In this document: piece by piece, positions 11,871 through 24,713 of the stretch
How the letters are laid out: the number at the start of each line of letters is the position of its first letter
Numbering within the stretch: the stretch's first letter is position 1
Source: the human T2T-CHM13v2.0 reference genome, Homo sapiens
Length of the DNA: 64,000 nt
Assembly (NCBI RefSeq): GCF_009914755.1
Contig: NC_060934.1
Strand: one strand, 5' to 3'
Translations under genes and position numbers: made by a program
The notes under the pieces: model-generated
The model's database searches: none
What the model was told of the DNA's origin: nothing
Seen by the model: only the letters and a program-made list of their open reading frames with translations

Positions 11871-12949
11871 CTCCACCTCCTTCCAGAATCTCAGAGGTCA
11901 TCAGTGCAACAATACTCCAGAGATGGGTGATCCATTGTCACAGTGCAGTCCTTCAGTCAACCCAATAAAGGCATCCACGTCCTCAGCATTAGGCAGATGG
12001 GAGAGGGACACCATGCTTCCCAGTGACCTGGGACCATCCTCAACCCTTTGGGATGAGAAGTCAACAGAATAAAATATTTCTCAGTGAGGAAAAGAAGTAG
12101 GTGTCTTGGAAGGGCAAACCTGGCCCGAGTGGCTTCTGTAGCTGAGAGAGAGAGAGAGACAGAGATCCCCAGAAATGGTGCAGCTCATCCCAGAACACTT
12201 CAGTCACAAATTCCAAGTGCAAGGAGTTGTAAACAGATCATCACTGTGGTTCAACCCATGCACTGGGGTCTGAAATTCCCAGTTCAGGCCAGGGGAAACA
12301 ATAATAAACATTGACTAGCATATCTAGGTTCATTGACTTGAAAGGTCATATATTGATGGACAAAAAGCCAAGGTCAATATTTGATTTGAGGAACAATAAA
12401 TCTTGATATCCATGGAAAGAAGCCATCGATGTAGGTGTTGTTAGGCAGAGCCAGGACGCCATCACAGCCTCCTCTGTGACCCATTAAAGGCACTCTTGTG
12501 TGGAAAATTGGGAGGAGGCTTGAGTGTGTTTAGCAGTTTTTAGGTATCTCTGAGTGAGTGTGTATTTTGAAGACAGGCCACAAAAAAGAGAAGCATACAC
12601 TGTTTTCAGAAGACTGTCAGAATGGGGCCACTTTTGCCCCATTCATGCAAAAGAAAGGAAAATACCTCCCCTGTCCCCTCCCCACCTACCTGCTCCCCAT
12701 AACCTGCTGATGTTGGAGATTTGCCCCCACTCTCACTGAGGAGGGATGTGAGTGGGATTTTCCCTTATCTGCTTTCCAGCTCTCTACTTGCCAATCCTTC
12801 AATGTCTTATTCTTTATCTCTCCAAGAAAGGCATGCCACTAAAACCAGAGCTGAGGCACACCTGCCAATATCTGCCTTGGAGAGGGAACTGGCTCCATTC
12901 TCCTGCCTTTCCAGGCTCTGCTCCAAGTCTTGCCCCTACCTCATGTAGA

Positions 12950-13297
12950 GCCTCCCAGACCCCTGGCCATCCCTGCGCAGTGCCAGGCATCTCCAGCTCC
13001 TTGGAGTGCTTACTGCCACACACCCTTCCCCTTCCTCTCTCCCCTGGAGAGATTTCACTAATCCTGAGACTCCCAGTTTGACATTGGCTCCCTTGTAAAG
13101 CCCTCCTTCCTCCTGCCCCATTCTGCCTCCATCCCTGCTGCAGCACTTGCTCCATCCCTTGGACAGTTTCTTTCTGCATGTCCATGGGTTTTCATTATCC
13201 TATGAATGACTACTTCAAAGGCAGGGGCACGTCCTTACTTAACTCTGTATCCCCGTTGCCTGGCCGTGGTGAATATCCAATATGTTGGCAGAATGAA
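12950..13297 (+). mobile_element. L2 LINE 3' fragment
   Basis: aaggcaggggcacgtccttac...tctgtatcccc...aatatgttggcagaatgaa. Confidence 0.6.
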
Positions 13298-14052
13298 GAG
13301 CAGGTCAATGGGATGAACAAACATACCAGATAAGGAACTCAGAGTCTGGGCCAGAGCAAGGAGGGTGCATGTGGGGCCTATAGGGATGGGAAAGGGAGGG
13401 CGCCTGAGTAGGGGGAGAGGTGGTGAGCACTGGAGGTGGAGCACGGCAGAGCATTATCCTCCCTGGCTCCTCATCCTCGCCAGCGGCTGCCCTGACAGTA
13501 TTAATCAAGGCCAGAGCATGTGGAAATATCAGTCCACTGTGTTCTATTCAAGTTCTCTGGAACTAAATTATGTTGTCAGGATTGGACAGAGCAGGAATGG
13601 AAAAGACCAGGCTGGATGACATGGGGCTGTTAAAAGGAGATGAATGAGCCCAGTGGTTTCCATTCAATTTTTCAAGGTTTCCCAAGGCAGGTCTGACAAA
13701 TACCACCTTATAATTCCCAGACACCCTGCGCAGTACCCTCCACACTCTCATTTTTTTTTTCCTGCCCATCAGATTAGAAGGACAAGGGATTCTTCCTTAT
13801 GTCTTGCAAATGGGGCAATGGAGAAACTGGGGGGAGCACTTTGACCCAGGTCAAGGTCGGGCCAAGGTCACGCCATAAATCAGTGACACAATCAACAGGA
13901 CAAACTCTGAGCTTACAGCACAATGCTCTCTCCATTACCCCACCTGCATAGCTTCTGCTGTAAAACAGAGGTGGCCAGACCTGCCTCTCAGGGCTGCTGC
14001 AAGGTGTCAGAGAGCTAACACACCTGAAACCACTTTTGACTGTAATGGTGCT

Positions 14053-14099
14053 ATTCATTCATTCATTCATTCAGTCAGTCAGTCAGTCAGTCAGTCAGT
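14053..14099. repeat. Compound microsatellite (ATTC)n(AGTC)n
   Basis: Read directly. Confidence 0.95.
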
Positions 14100-14189
14100 G
14101 TTGATCCTGGACATACCATGTCCCAAGCCATGTTAGCTCTTATTTAAGGGCTGCTATAGGAGTATAGAAAGTAGCTGAGAATTAGAAAC

Positions 14190-14350
14190 TGTTCACAGCC
14201 TTGCCACTTGACAGCTGTTTGATCTTGGGTCAGACATGAAGCCTCTCTGATCCTCTTCACAAAGTGATTGTCAGAACCAAATTAGTTAACAGCAGGCCAG
14301 CACCTAGCACAGTCCCTTAAAGGGAGTAAGTTGTAAATAAGAACTTACCG
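14190..14350 (+). mobile_element. MIR SINE
   Basis: ttgccacttgacagctgtttgatcttggg...cctagcacagt. Confidence 0.55.
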
Positions 14351-14979
14351 AATCTAAATGTGTTCTGCCACAAAAGACTGGGTGGCTCTTCCCTCCCTGT
14401 AGGAGGAGTGTCCCTGCAAAATGGATGTGTGTGTCGGGCTTCAAGTTCTGCAGTGTGCTGCAGTTGAGCATATCTCCCAAATCAGCAGTGAGAGAGCCTC
14501 AGTTGTAAACAAAGGACTCATTAAATTAGCATAAATTATTTTATGTAAATTAAAAATCCATGCTATGGCTTTTTATTGGTAGTGGCATCAAATCTTGCCA
14601 CTGCACATGCTTGTTTAAAATTAATGTGCATAAATGCTCCAAATATTGTATTATTAATAATGATAATAATGTTGATGAGGATGATGATAATAAACACAAT
14701 CTCATAGCAATGGCTATGGCTGGCTCTGAAAGCTCAGCAGGTAGTGCACTGTCATAGCTTCTAAGAGAAACAGCAAGATTACATAGCCCCTTCCTAACCA
14801 CCCCAGCCCTCACTCATGGCACAATTTTGATGTCTTCACTGGGTTCAACTTACTAATGGCTTCTTCAAATCCTGCCCATTTTTTGAGGCTGTACTCAAGG
14901 CTATCTCTATGAATCAGTCAGAACATTAACTACAGAGATTTCTCCTTCCTTTTAATTTCTGAAACAACTTTTCCCCATC

Positions 14980-15130
14980 ACTGTTCTCCATGTGTTATCT
15001 CCTTGGACTCACCTCAGATCTGTGAGGAAGGTGGCAGGTATATTTATGATTTCCATTGCATAGAGTAGAATCTACCCAAGGTCACATTGCTAGGAAATTA
15101 CAGAGCCAGGACTAAAGTTTTTCTGACTCA
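14980..15130 (-). mobile_element. MIR SINE
   Basis: cccaaggtcacattgctaggaaattacagagccaggact. Confidence 0.6.
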
Positions 15131-15829
15131 TAGGTATCAGTGAAGTGCCTAGCCAAGAGGCTTGCACATAGCAAATAATTAACCAATGTTTGTTAGGAAG
15201 AGAGAAAGAACGATGTGCATAAAAGGATGAGTAAGTGAAAAATTTGCAGAATGAAGTATTTAAAATTCCTCAATATGATGATGACCTTCTCTCTTTATTA
15301 TGATCTATTCAACAGTCAGTCTACCAATGAACCTGTAAAGTGTTTGTTTTTGGAGGAACTGACCACACATTGACAAGCCCCCACTGAGTCTAAACCTAAA
15401 CATAGGCCCATCCATGTGGCTTAAGGGAAGATGTACCCAGGCTGTCTACCAGCCCACAGGGCACCTTTCTAATAACTAGAGAAAGGCACCAAACTCCCCA
15501 ACATAAGCAGGCTTAGTGAGCCTAGCTAGAGTTCATCCTCTTGGCCTGGTGTCAACCAATACAACCACACGTGGTGGCTCTGGATTTATTAAAGACTTCA
15601 GACTATTAAAAGGCTGAGCAATACCATCTCCCCCAGAGTTCCATGTCACTCTTTCTCCTTATGATAGCACTAGGCAGAGACTGCTTCCTAGGAGAGGGTG
15701 GGGGTGTATATGTGCACATGTGAGTGCATGCTCTTCCTGACTAGGAGATTCTCCATACCAGACACCAAGGGATTTAGGACAAATACTGGTTTCTGTACCC
15801 TGACTCAGATGGAAAAATGACATTCTTCA

Positions 15830-16412
15830 ATCACACATGCAGGAAACAAACCACAATATTGGTGATACTTGAAAATTTGTCACCCATAGAAAGCATAGTC
15901 ATTTTCCTATTCCATTAAAGTTGTTGCAGTTATCTCAAAATATTGACTACAGCAGAGGTCAGCAAACCTTTTCCATGAAGGTCCGGATAGTAAGTGTTGT
16001 AGGCATCGTAATCCATGCAGTCTCTTGCAATAACTTAACTCGGCTATTGCAGCTCTGAAGCAGTCAAAGACAATATGTAAATGAATGGACATGGCTATGT
16101 TCCAATAAAACTTTATTTACAAAAATAGGTAGTAACTCAGATCATAGTTCACTGATTCCTGATATAGCAAGTCATTACTTTAAAATTACAATAGTTAATA
16201 GGCTCTTGTTATTTAACGTGTTACTAAGGAAGCACATATATTACTATATAGACTTTTTTGTATTTTGAAAATTGCATTTCAATATAACTGGTTGCCTCTG
16301 TGACCCTATGTATTTGGTTTTATGCATTAAAAGCCATTATTCTGAGACAGACTTCATTAACTTCACTGGTCTAAGAAGGGAGTCCTTGACCCACTGGAGG
16401 TGAAGAGTCCCC
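15830..16412. mobile_element. Old hAT-type DNA transposon fragment hosting a MER58A; family uncertain
   Basis: End ccctatgtatttggttttatgcattaaaagccattattctgaga...cttcact...gtccttg...gtccc resembles hAT termini. Confidence 0.5.
15953..16161 (-). mobile_element. MER58A (hAT-Charlie)
   Basis: cagaggtcagcaaac...atggctatgttccaataaaactttatttacaaaa...ttcctg. Confidence 0.85.
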
Positions 16413-16419
16413 AGTTATT

Positions 16420-16570
16420 CAATCCATCTCAGCTTCAGTTTCCTCACTGCAGAGTGGCAAAGCCAATAATAATATTATGCATGTCAGAGGGTTCTTGCAA
16501 GAATTCAATGTGGTTATGAACGTAAAGGTGTTTTGTTAACTAAAAGGAACCACAGAGATTTAAGGTATTA
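16420..16570 (+). mobile_element. MIR SINE
   Basis: ctcagcttcagtttcctcactg...gtaaaggtgttttgttaac. Confidence 0.5.
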
Positions 16571-16696
16571 ATATTTTTGTTTTCCCAGTGGTTCCTACTG
16601 TAGTCATCTTTACATAGTAGGTACTGAATAAGTGTTTGTTGCAGTCCAGTTAGCTGAGCCAAGAACCCGGCATTCCTTCTTGAGCAATAAGTAAGA

Positions 16697-16799
16697 CAGG
16701 GGAAGGGGATGGGAGGGAGAGAGGGAAGGGGAGAGGGAAAGGGAAGGGAGGGAAAGAGAGGGAGAGAAAGAGAGAAGGGGAGGGAGGGAGAAGGAGAGA
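16697..16799. repeat. Polypurine (G/A) low-complexity tract
   Basis: About 100 nt almost entirely G/A. Confidence 0.9.
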
Positions 16800-17833
16800 C
16801 TAGAGAATCCTGGCCACTGTGAGTATTATTTCACAATTGTCTATGCAGAATTCCTAACCGTCACATCTATTTAGAAATTGCACTGGGGAATGAAAAGAGG
16901 AAGGGGGAGAGATGGCTATGTTTTGAGCAGAGACTTCCTGCTGATGCGGCAGGTTTTAAGAGCACAACTTGCACAGTTTGTGAAAGCACATGAACCTTGA
17001 AATAGAAATATGGACCTCTTAATTCATCTCTCTGTTATTTGATAAAGCATAAGGTAAATGAATGCAGAACATTTTCCCTTTAATTACACAAGGAGAAATG
17101 GTTGGGGGATGAGAGGTGGGGGAGCAGAGGATTGAGGGTGAGAGGCCACAGTGAAGCATTGTGCTTCCAAAGCAATGATATGGAATGGGCTTATCTGAGA
17201 TTTTAGTTCTGCGGAAAGAGGCTGAAGCTCTACGCATTACAATAACAACCTCAGTGCCCAGTGGCTTCCAATCAGAATGCATTGTAAGGCAGGCAGTGGG
17301 GCAGCAGACCTCTGCCTTCAAAGGACTAGCAGTTCAGGTGCAGAAACAATTTGGAAATGCTTAAAGTGGGCATCAGTTCTGCCATGTGGTTAGGATCACG
17401 AGTCCCAGGCCCAGCTCCACCACTGAGTGGGGGCTTCTCTGAGCTCACTCTGTAGTCACTACTGGTATCCACCAAATATTTTTAGTTCTGCTCTCGCAAA
17501 GCTGACCCCTTCTCATGCTGGACAAGCAAATAAACCCTCAAACATGTCAGACAGGAGGCCTTGGGTCTAAACCCTTCCTCTCCCTCTCTCTAGACTCTTG
17601 CAATCCATCCCTTTTGGACCATCACAGACAGTTGGCCATGCCGGTGACAGCGGGCCCAGGCACAGCCAATTTGAGTGGAGGGATTTCAGAGTTATGGTGT
17701 TGCATTATTCAATTTATTTAAAGCCCTAATAGTTTCTTCCAGGCTGCTAAGAAACCCATATTTTATTCCATTTGATTGTGATTTGTTTGATTAAAAGTTG
17801 CTCTGGATACCATGTTAGAGGATAATCAGGGTT

Positions 17834-18298
17834 TGTGATGGGTTGAACAGTGTGCCCCCCAAATTCATATGTTGATGTTCTAACCCACAGCACCTGAGAA
17901 TGTGACCTTATTTGGAAAGAGGCCCATTGCATATGTAACTAATTACAATGAGGTCACCCTTAGGGTCACTGGTCCCTGATCCAGTATGACTGTTACTGTT
18001 ATTAAAGGGGGAAATTTTAACACAGACATGGACAAAAAGGAGTGCACCATATGAAGATGAAGGCGGAGATTGGAGTGATGCATCTATAAGCCAAGGAAAG
18101 CCAAAGACTGCCAGCCAATCATCAAACGTTAGGGGAGAGGCCTGAAACAGATTCTTCCTCACAGCCCTCAGATGGAACTAACCCCGCCACACCTTGATTT
18201 TGCACTTCTGGCCGCCAAAACTGTGAGCCAATAAATTCCCATTGTTTAAGCCAATGGTTTGTGGTACTTTGTTATGGCAGCCCTAGCAAAGTAATACA
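17834..18298 (+). mobile_element. MLT1C-like MaLR solo LTR, full length
   Basis: TG...CA termini (tgtgatggg...gtaataca), internal aataaa, perfect 5-bp TSD GGGTT at 17829-17833 and 18299-18303. Confidence 0.9.
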
Positions 18299-19739
18299 GG
18301 GTTCTAATTTGGTTTCCATCTGCCGGATGAATTGGGCAAGTTCTTTCCCTGGGCTTCTATTGTAAAGGCAGCACAACCCAGTGAAGGACAACAAAGGCTG
18401 GGGCCTGCCAACCTGGCCTTGCATCCCAGCTCTGCCACTTACTCGCTGTGTGACCTTGGACAAGGCCCTGAACCTCTCTATATCTCTATAGAAAGAGATA
18501 AAATACTACATAGCCTCCAAGTGGCCTCACAGCTCAAATATTCCACAAGCCAAATATAAATAAATTATTAAGAGTTTAGCATGATGAGTCATTTGCAAGA
18601 CCACCAGGACTATTGTAACTGGACTATGAGCAGACAGGACCCTCTGCAGAAGATGCGAAATGAAGGAACATGACAGGTGGAAACAGAAGGCCTTCTTGCT
18701 GAGGTGGCTGATTTCTATCATAGCAGGATGTTTGTGATCCACTTGAAGTCACTGGGCCCTTCATCGAGTAGAAAGGCCAGGGCTGGTGAGCACACCTCCC
18801 AGCATAGGGCTGTCAGGATGCTGTAGGGAGGACCATGCTGCCATTGTGTCACAAAGTCCATGACTGACCATCTCTTAGATGACCACGTGGTTGAAGAGCA
18901 AGGCCACCATCTGCACCAAGAGGCAGAGCAAAGGAAACTGCAATTTGACAATTCAAAATATCTTCCACCCAGTTAATTTTTATTATTGAGTAATAACTCA
19001 AAATAAATATTTTGTTATTCTAAGTACTCTCTGTCTGTCCTGAATCGAGAAATGGCTTAGATTCCAGGCTCTTTGAGGGCCTACAAGTGTCCCGTCCTCT
19101 TCACTGCTCTCAGGGAAGTCTCCAGAGGAGCCAGCTCCCTCCGGTCACTCCCTGCAGGCCGGAAGGCCATGCATAATTAAAAACTTGGTGGGTTTTTTGC
19201 AATATTTACTGTAAACTCATGGAGGGGCTTGTTGAGACAGATTCTTAGTGTTGTGTTAGGAGCATTGTGTGTTCCTATTTCTCTGTGGAAAAAAAAAAAA
19301 AAGAGAGAAATCTCAGCAACAACACAACCTGCCCAGCAAAAATCCCAGCTGTTCCTGGCAGGAAACTGCAAGATCTCTTAGCAGCCGGCTGTTGGATGCC
19401 TAGCCCTGGACTGGGTGCTGTGTGGGGGTGGCATAACAGACAAGATAGCAAGCAAGACCTGCCCAGAGAACAGTGGAGGTCTCCCCCTCACATTCCTACC
19501 TGAGCAAGGCTCAGGCTGGGGTTTCAGCAAAGAATGGCTGAAACTGGGTGGTTCCAGGGAAGAAGAACATCCTGCAAATGCGCCCAGAGAATTCACAAGT
19601 ATCAGCTGCCTGGTAGGGAAAACTTGGGCAAAGTATGTGACAGAGCTGACCCACTGCATATGCACATGGGTATAACCAGTTATGTGTTGTCACATGGCTG
19701 TGGGGCACTTGGCCAATAGTATAGAGATCACAAACACAC

Positions 19740-19900
19740 TTTTGTGAATAAATAATGTATTAATCACCCACTCTGTGACAGGCAGTGTTACTGCAGTTGG
19801 GGACACCACGTAAATTCATAGACAAAGTAGTCAATAACTCCTGCCCTTGTGGAGCCCATATCTAACAGAACAATGGTGGGAAGTGACAACACAATCTGCA
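19740..19900 (-). mobile_element. L2 fragment
   Basis: ctctgtgacaggcagtgt...ctcctgcccttgtggagc. Confidence 0.55.
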
Positions 19901-20019
19901 GAAGGTAGAGTTTTATGAAGACTCTGCGACTGGTTTACAATGTGACTTGCAATGTCATTGTCCCTCTTCTAGCCTTCAGTTGGCTCATCTGTAAACTGAG
20001 ACAAAGAGGCCAGTATTCT

Positions 20020-20195
20020 CTTGAGAAGACACTGGTTCATTCCTCAACTATCTTTGTGACTAAGGACAAATTATTTAACCTCTCTGTGCCACAGATACTT
20101 CCTACCAGTATTGGAGAAACAATTGAGGCAGTACATGTAGATGGCTTTGCCAGTGCCTGGCACATAATACACCTTCAGTAAGTGCTACTATTATC
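20020..20195 (+). mobile_element. MIR SINE
   Basis: atttaacctctctgtgcc...cagtgcctggcacataa. Confidence 0.75.
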
Positions 20196-20449
20196 TAAAG
20201 AAAGTAAGACCAAGTGAGCTTAACCCCTCCCTCTACTGTCTTGTCTTTGAGAGGTTTTCTTCTCTCCAAAGAGCTCAGGGACCACAGGTCTTTGTCTCTC
20301 CAGAGCTCAGCATCTCTCTCGGGTCTCCTGACCTGAGCCAAGTGACCTATCCCTCCACAGACTTCTTCACACGCTGCAACGGGAAGGAGCCAGCCTTGAA
20401 AGTCACTTCCTGGAAGAGGCATCATAGTAGATAACACAAGTCATCAGCT

Positions 20450-20660
20450 TGCTCTGTGGTCAGCCAAACCAGGTATGAATCCAGGCTCTGCCACTTAACA
20501 GCTGTGTGACCTCAGGCTGGTCATTTAATTGCTCTAGAGCACTTCAGTAGAGCTAGTGCCTCCCACCCAGGGCTGTGGTGAGGATGAAGCCAGAGAGTGA
20601 GCTAGAGTGCTTAGGATGGCAGCACAGAGACAGGGGCCAATAGGTGTTGGCAATGATGAC
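20450..20660 (+). mobile_element. MIR SINE
   Basis: gaatccaggctctgccacttaacagctgtgtgacct. Confidence 0.75.
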
Positions 20661-20789
20661 AATAAGCTCCTAAAGAGACCCACAGCAGAAGAGAGAATAG
20701 ACGTATGCCTCTAGACATCACAGAGCTCTCTTTCCCACTCTAGAAAGGAGACAGCCAACCACTGGGAAGGCCTGGAGCAATTTGATGTG

Positions 20790-21490
20790 AATTTTCATTA
20801 ACAGCCTGAATTAAGAACATGGAAGGTGGCCTTATCAAATTTGAAAATGATATAAATTTGAAAGGAAAGATAAATAAATTAAATGAAAGTCTGATCCAAA
20901 AAGCTTTCAGCAGTTAGGAATGATAAGTGGTAGCAAAAGTCCTGTGTTTGATCCCCCAAAAGCTGACGGCACATTCTTGGTAAGGGACACATGGTTTAAC
21001 AGCAGCAAGGCTTAGAAAAGACATGGAGTTTTGAATCAAGAGTGACTTTAGGCCAGATTTGTAATCCCACCACTTTAGGAGGCTGAGGTGGGAAGATCAC
21101 TTGAGGCCAGGAGTTCAAGACGAGCTTGAGCAACATAGTGAGACCCTGTCTCCACAAAAAATTTAAAAATTAACTAAGCATGGTGGTGTGCTCCTGTAGT
21201 CCTAGTTAGCTGGGAAGCTGGGGCAAGAATATTGCTTGAGTTCAAGGTTGTAGTGAGGTATGATCACACCACTGCACTTCAGTCTAAGTGATGATGCAAG
21301 GCCCTGTCTCAAAAAAAAAAAAAAAAAAAAGAATGAGTTTAGAAAAGTTAACTATATGGCGTGGCTTCAAAAGAGTTATTGCTGACTTAGGCCACATTAA
21401 TAAAAGTATAGTGCCTACATAAGGGAGGTGAGAGTCCTCTATTTTACCCTGAAAAATTATTGCTCTATTTCTATTTGTCTTGACCATTTG
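20790..21490 (+). mobile_element. L3/CR1 LINE RT-region relic, split by an AluJ
   Basis: 20831-20866 translates LIKFENDINLKG (CR1 consensus-type LIKFADDTKLGG); downstream cttaggccacattaataaaagtatagtg...agggaggtga is L3-like. Confidence 0.7.
21051..21330 (+). mobile_element. AluJ
   Basis: Dimeric Alu with J-type sequence and internal deletions, A20 tail; degenerate TSD aagagtgacttta / aagaatgagttta. Confidence 0.9.
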
Positions 21491-21556
21491 TCAAGACAGA
21501 TATTACTCTTCTAGAACATGAGCAGAAAACAGATGCAAAGGATCTCAAAACCATGC

Positions 21557-21994
21557 TATTATTGAATGGGCTCACCAGGAAACAAACTCTGAGATGGAGA
21601 TTGCTGTATTGCAATTTTATTAGGAAGTGCTCCTGGGAACAACACCTGTGAGAGTAAAGGAAGCAAATTTGAGCAGAGGGAGAAATAGAACTGTGTTGCT
21701 GTTGCAATGAAAGCCTTATTAAACTTATGGAGAGCTGGAACTCCCCTTCAAAATTGCTCTGAATTGAGGTGAAGCAGATGGAGCTTTGTGCCTCATATCA
21801 CCCAGCCATGGAGGAGGCTTGCTCCCAGGCAGAAGACAAACAGAGCTTGGACACAGTAGCTCCTTTTGGCCAAGTGCAATTCCTAGGGGGAGACTTGGCT
21901 TAGAGCCATGAGCAAGCAGCACTCTTGGAAGCTCTGGGAATGAGTGCTTAACCCTGAAGGACAGCCTGGGCAGTGCATCTCAGCATCTACTACA
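21557..21994 (-). mobile_element. LTR16-family ERVL 3' LTR
   Basis: Minus strand starts TGTAGTAGATGCTG, preceded directly by polypurine tract AAGGGGTGGAC. Confidence 0.8.
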
Positions 21995-24423
21995 GTCCAC
22001 CCCTTGCACCACCCAAATCTGCTTGTTTCATCTAAGTTCTGGGAACAGCATATTCTGACTCCTGGATTCCAGTTGTCTCTTTTCCTGGGGAGACTTATAG
22101 GAGGAAGGTTAGTGGGACAGATGACAGCCACCACTGCTGCATGTAGCACTCTCAGTTCCCCTCCTCCACTTCTCTAGGTTCCTTTCAGTAGCACCTAGCA
22201 CCTATGGTGGTCTCTGTGCTCATCCAATATCATGCCCAGACCTTATTCCTAGAGGGTCTGAATCCCTGGCTGCCATCCCATCCTTCAGGCCTCTCTGGAT
22301 CCCGGGTACTTACTTCACAGATGTCTGTGCTTCTCAAATTACACAGTTTATTCCTGTTCAAAACTGGGCAGGAAAGAACAAAACACTTCCTAGTGTATCA
22401 CCTTGGTGCCAAATACATTCTTCCCTGTTCTTTCATGGCGTAACGACAGCCCAACTTCCTCCTGACAACAAGGGTCCCTTAACTCTGCCAGAATAGTGAC
22501 ACTTTTTCCTTGCCTGCTGGTCCCTCAATGTAAGCAGCCCAAAGACACTGTGTAATACCGTAGCTTAAAGTTTAATGGGCTTTTCCAGTGTCCCCTGATG
22601 GAAGCATGCACCCTCTGGAAACCAGGACTTCAAGACCCACAGACCCTAGTTTTGTGGAGACAGAAAGCACAGATTCCCCAAATGGGTCCTTGGGAGTGAT
22701 GGTAAACAGAGACATTCCTACTTCTACCCCTTTTTCCCCACACTCATGCATTTTACTGACTGGGGATCATTTAGTGCTCACTGATTTAGGGTGCATACTG
22801 CATCCTGGGCAATGATATCCTATGCTCACAGACATCATCTCCAAACTGATGCCTCAGCTGCACTTTCAAAGGCTACTTCATCACTCTGTCAAGTCAGCAG
22901 GGTCTGGTGGTATAGTTTGTGGTAATCTCAAAGGTTCCTATAGTCTTATATAACTGTGAAGTGGTTCTCTTGGTCTGATGCAATGTTATTTATATAGGAT
23001 CCTAGATTGCTGGATCAAATATTCTATAAGCTATTAGATGAGGGTGCAGGCTGAAACCCTGCAGACAAGAGAGGTAAACCCGTAGCCAGAATGTATGTCC
23101 ATTCCAATCAAAATGAGTCAATTTCCCTGTCAGAATGAAAGGGGTTCAATGTAATCAACTTGCCACCAAGTGGCCAGTTAATCTCTTTGAAGAATGGTGC
23201 CATATTAGCATCTCAGCCTTGGTCTCTGTTACTGGAAGACATTGGACAATGGCAGTAGCTACATTGGCTTTAACGAGTAGGAACCCCAGGCTGTGAATAC
23301 CATGTGTAACCTCTATCCTTGCTCCCATGACTTCTTTGTTCATGGGTCCATTTCTGCCAGCATGAGGATTGCCAAGGACAGAGGCTGGCTGACACCAACG
23401 ATTTGAATCATTCTGCCCACCTGGTGCCTCTTCTATGGCAGATACTCTCTAATGGGTGTCAACATGTCATTGAAAGGTCTTCACACTCCATAACAAGTCC
23501 CATTGTCTCATCCTTGTGGGTCTTTCCTGGGCCTTTTTATCTCTTCTCCTGATCTTTCTCCTTCTAGAACTGTGACCAATGGCTCAGTCATTCACTGCTT
23601 CCCATGAGTCCATATATGTTCTACCTCGAACCACTGCTCTTTGTACACAAAGTTGATGACCAGATAGACCAGGTACATTGCCCAGGGCTCTTCCCACTGA
23701 GAGGATTTCTCCCCTCTGCTGGTTTTCAGGGTCACCCTTGAATGGGACTGTCATGTATCAGCTGTTTATTTCCAGCTCATACCTAGATACCAAGTCAACA
23801 CATCCATAAACAGAGCTTGGCTTTTTTCTACCCCTCTCAGCTAGTCTTAAGGAACTCCACCCTTGCAGGCACAGATGGGAGCTGATTGACTGTGGCGGAC
23901 TATAGGGGAGTTTGGGCCTCCTTCTTGGGCAGATTACTGGTATCATCTGGCTCTGTTCATGCCTGATCCCAGATATGCCACTGCCATGTTACTGCTGGTG
24001 TCACCCAATCCTATGACTTTTTGGCTCCATATGAATCCAGCTCATGCTGGACAATTTGCTTTATGGTCACTTGATGTCTTATGGTCACTTGATGTCTTAT
24101 GGTCAGGGGCTCCATCTCTACCAGGGCCCAGTAGCATGCTAAGGGTTATTTTTGAATACTGTATAATTCTCTGTTGCAGGTGGCATGGCCTTATTCCAGA
24201 ATCCTAGGACTCTATGCAGTAATTTTCCTTTTAGAGCTTACTGTAAACTCCACGTCACTTCTTCTTCTACTACAGATACCTACAATACCATGAAGTCTAT
24301 CAAGTTGTGTAGCTTACAGTTCTCTTTCCTGCAGAGCTGGAAGCCTGTCATGTCACTTGATAAATGGGTTGAAGCAGTTTTCCCAAGTGTGGAGTATACT
24401 GCTTCCAGAAACCAAAGAGGCCC

Positions 24424-24713
24424 TACTATGGTTTGAATGTGTCCCCCAAAAGGCATGTGCTAGAAACTTAATCCCCAATGCAACAGCATTGGGAGGTGGG
24501 GCCAGTTGAGAGATAATTAAGCCAGGAGGCCTTTGCCCTCATGAATGGATTGATGCTGTTATTAGATTATTGCCATTATCATGGTAATGGGTTTCTTATA
24601 AAGGGATGAGTTTGGTTCCCTCTTGTGCTCTCTTGCTCTTGCCTTTCCACTTCCTGTCATTGGATGATGCAGAAAGAAAGACCTCATCAGATGCTTGCCC
24701 CATTGTCTTGGAC
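24424..24713 (+). mobile_element. MST (MSTD-like) MaLR LTR, 3'-truncated, inserted in ERVL pol
   Basis: tactatggtttgaatgtgtccccc...gaaacttaatccccaatgcaacag...gccctcatgaatggatt. Confidence 0.8.

Noticed and set aside
23155-23343. Integrase-like ORF as a domesticated ERV gene
   Set aside because: Only a short frame matches; flanking motifs are in other frames with stops.
24061-24105. Short direct repeats as a CRISPR array
   Set aside because: Tandem with no spacers, in eukaryotic DNA.
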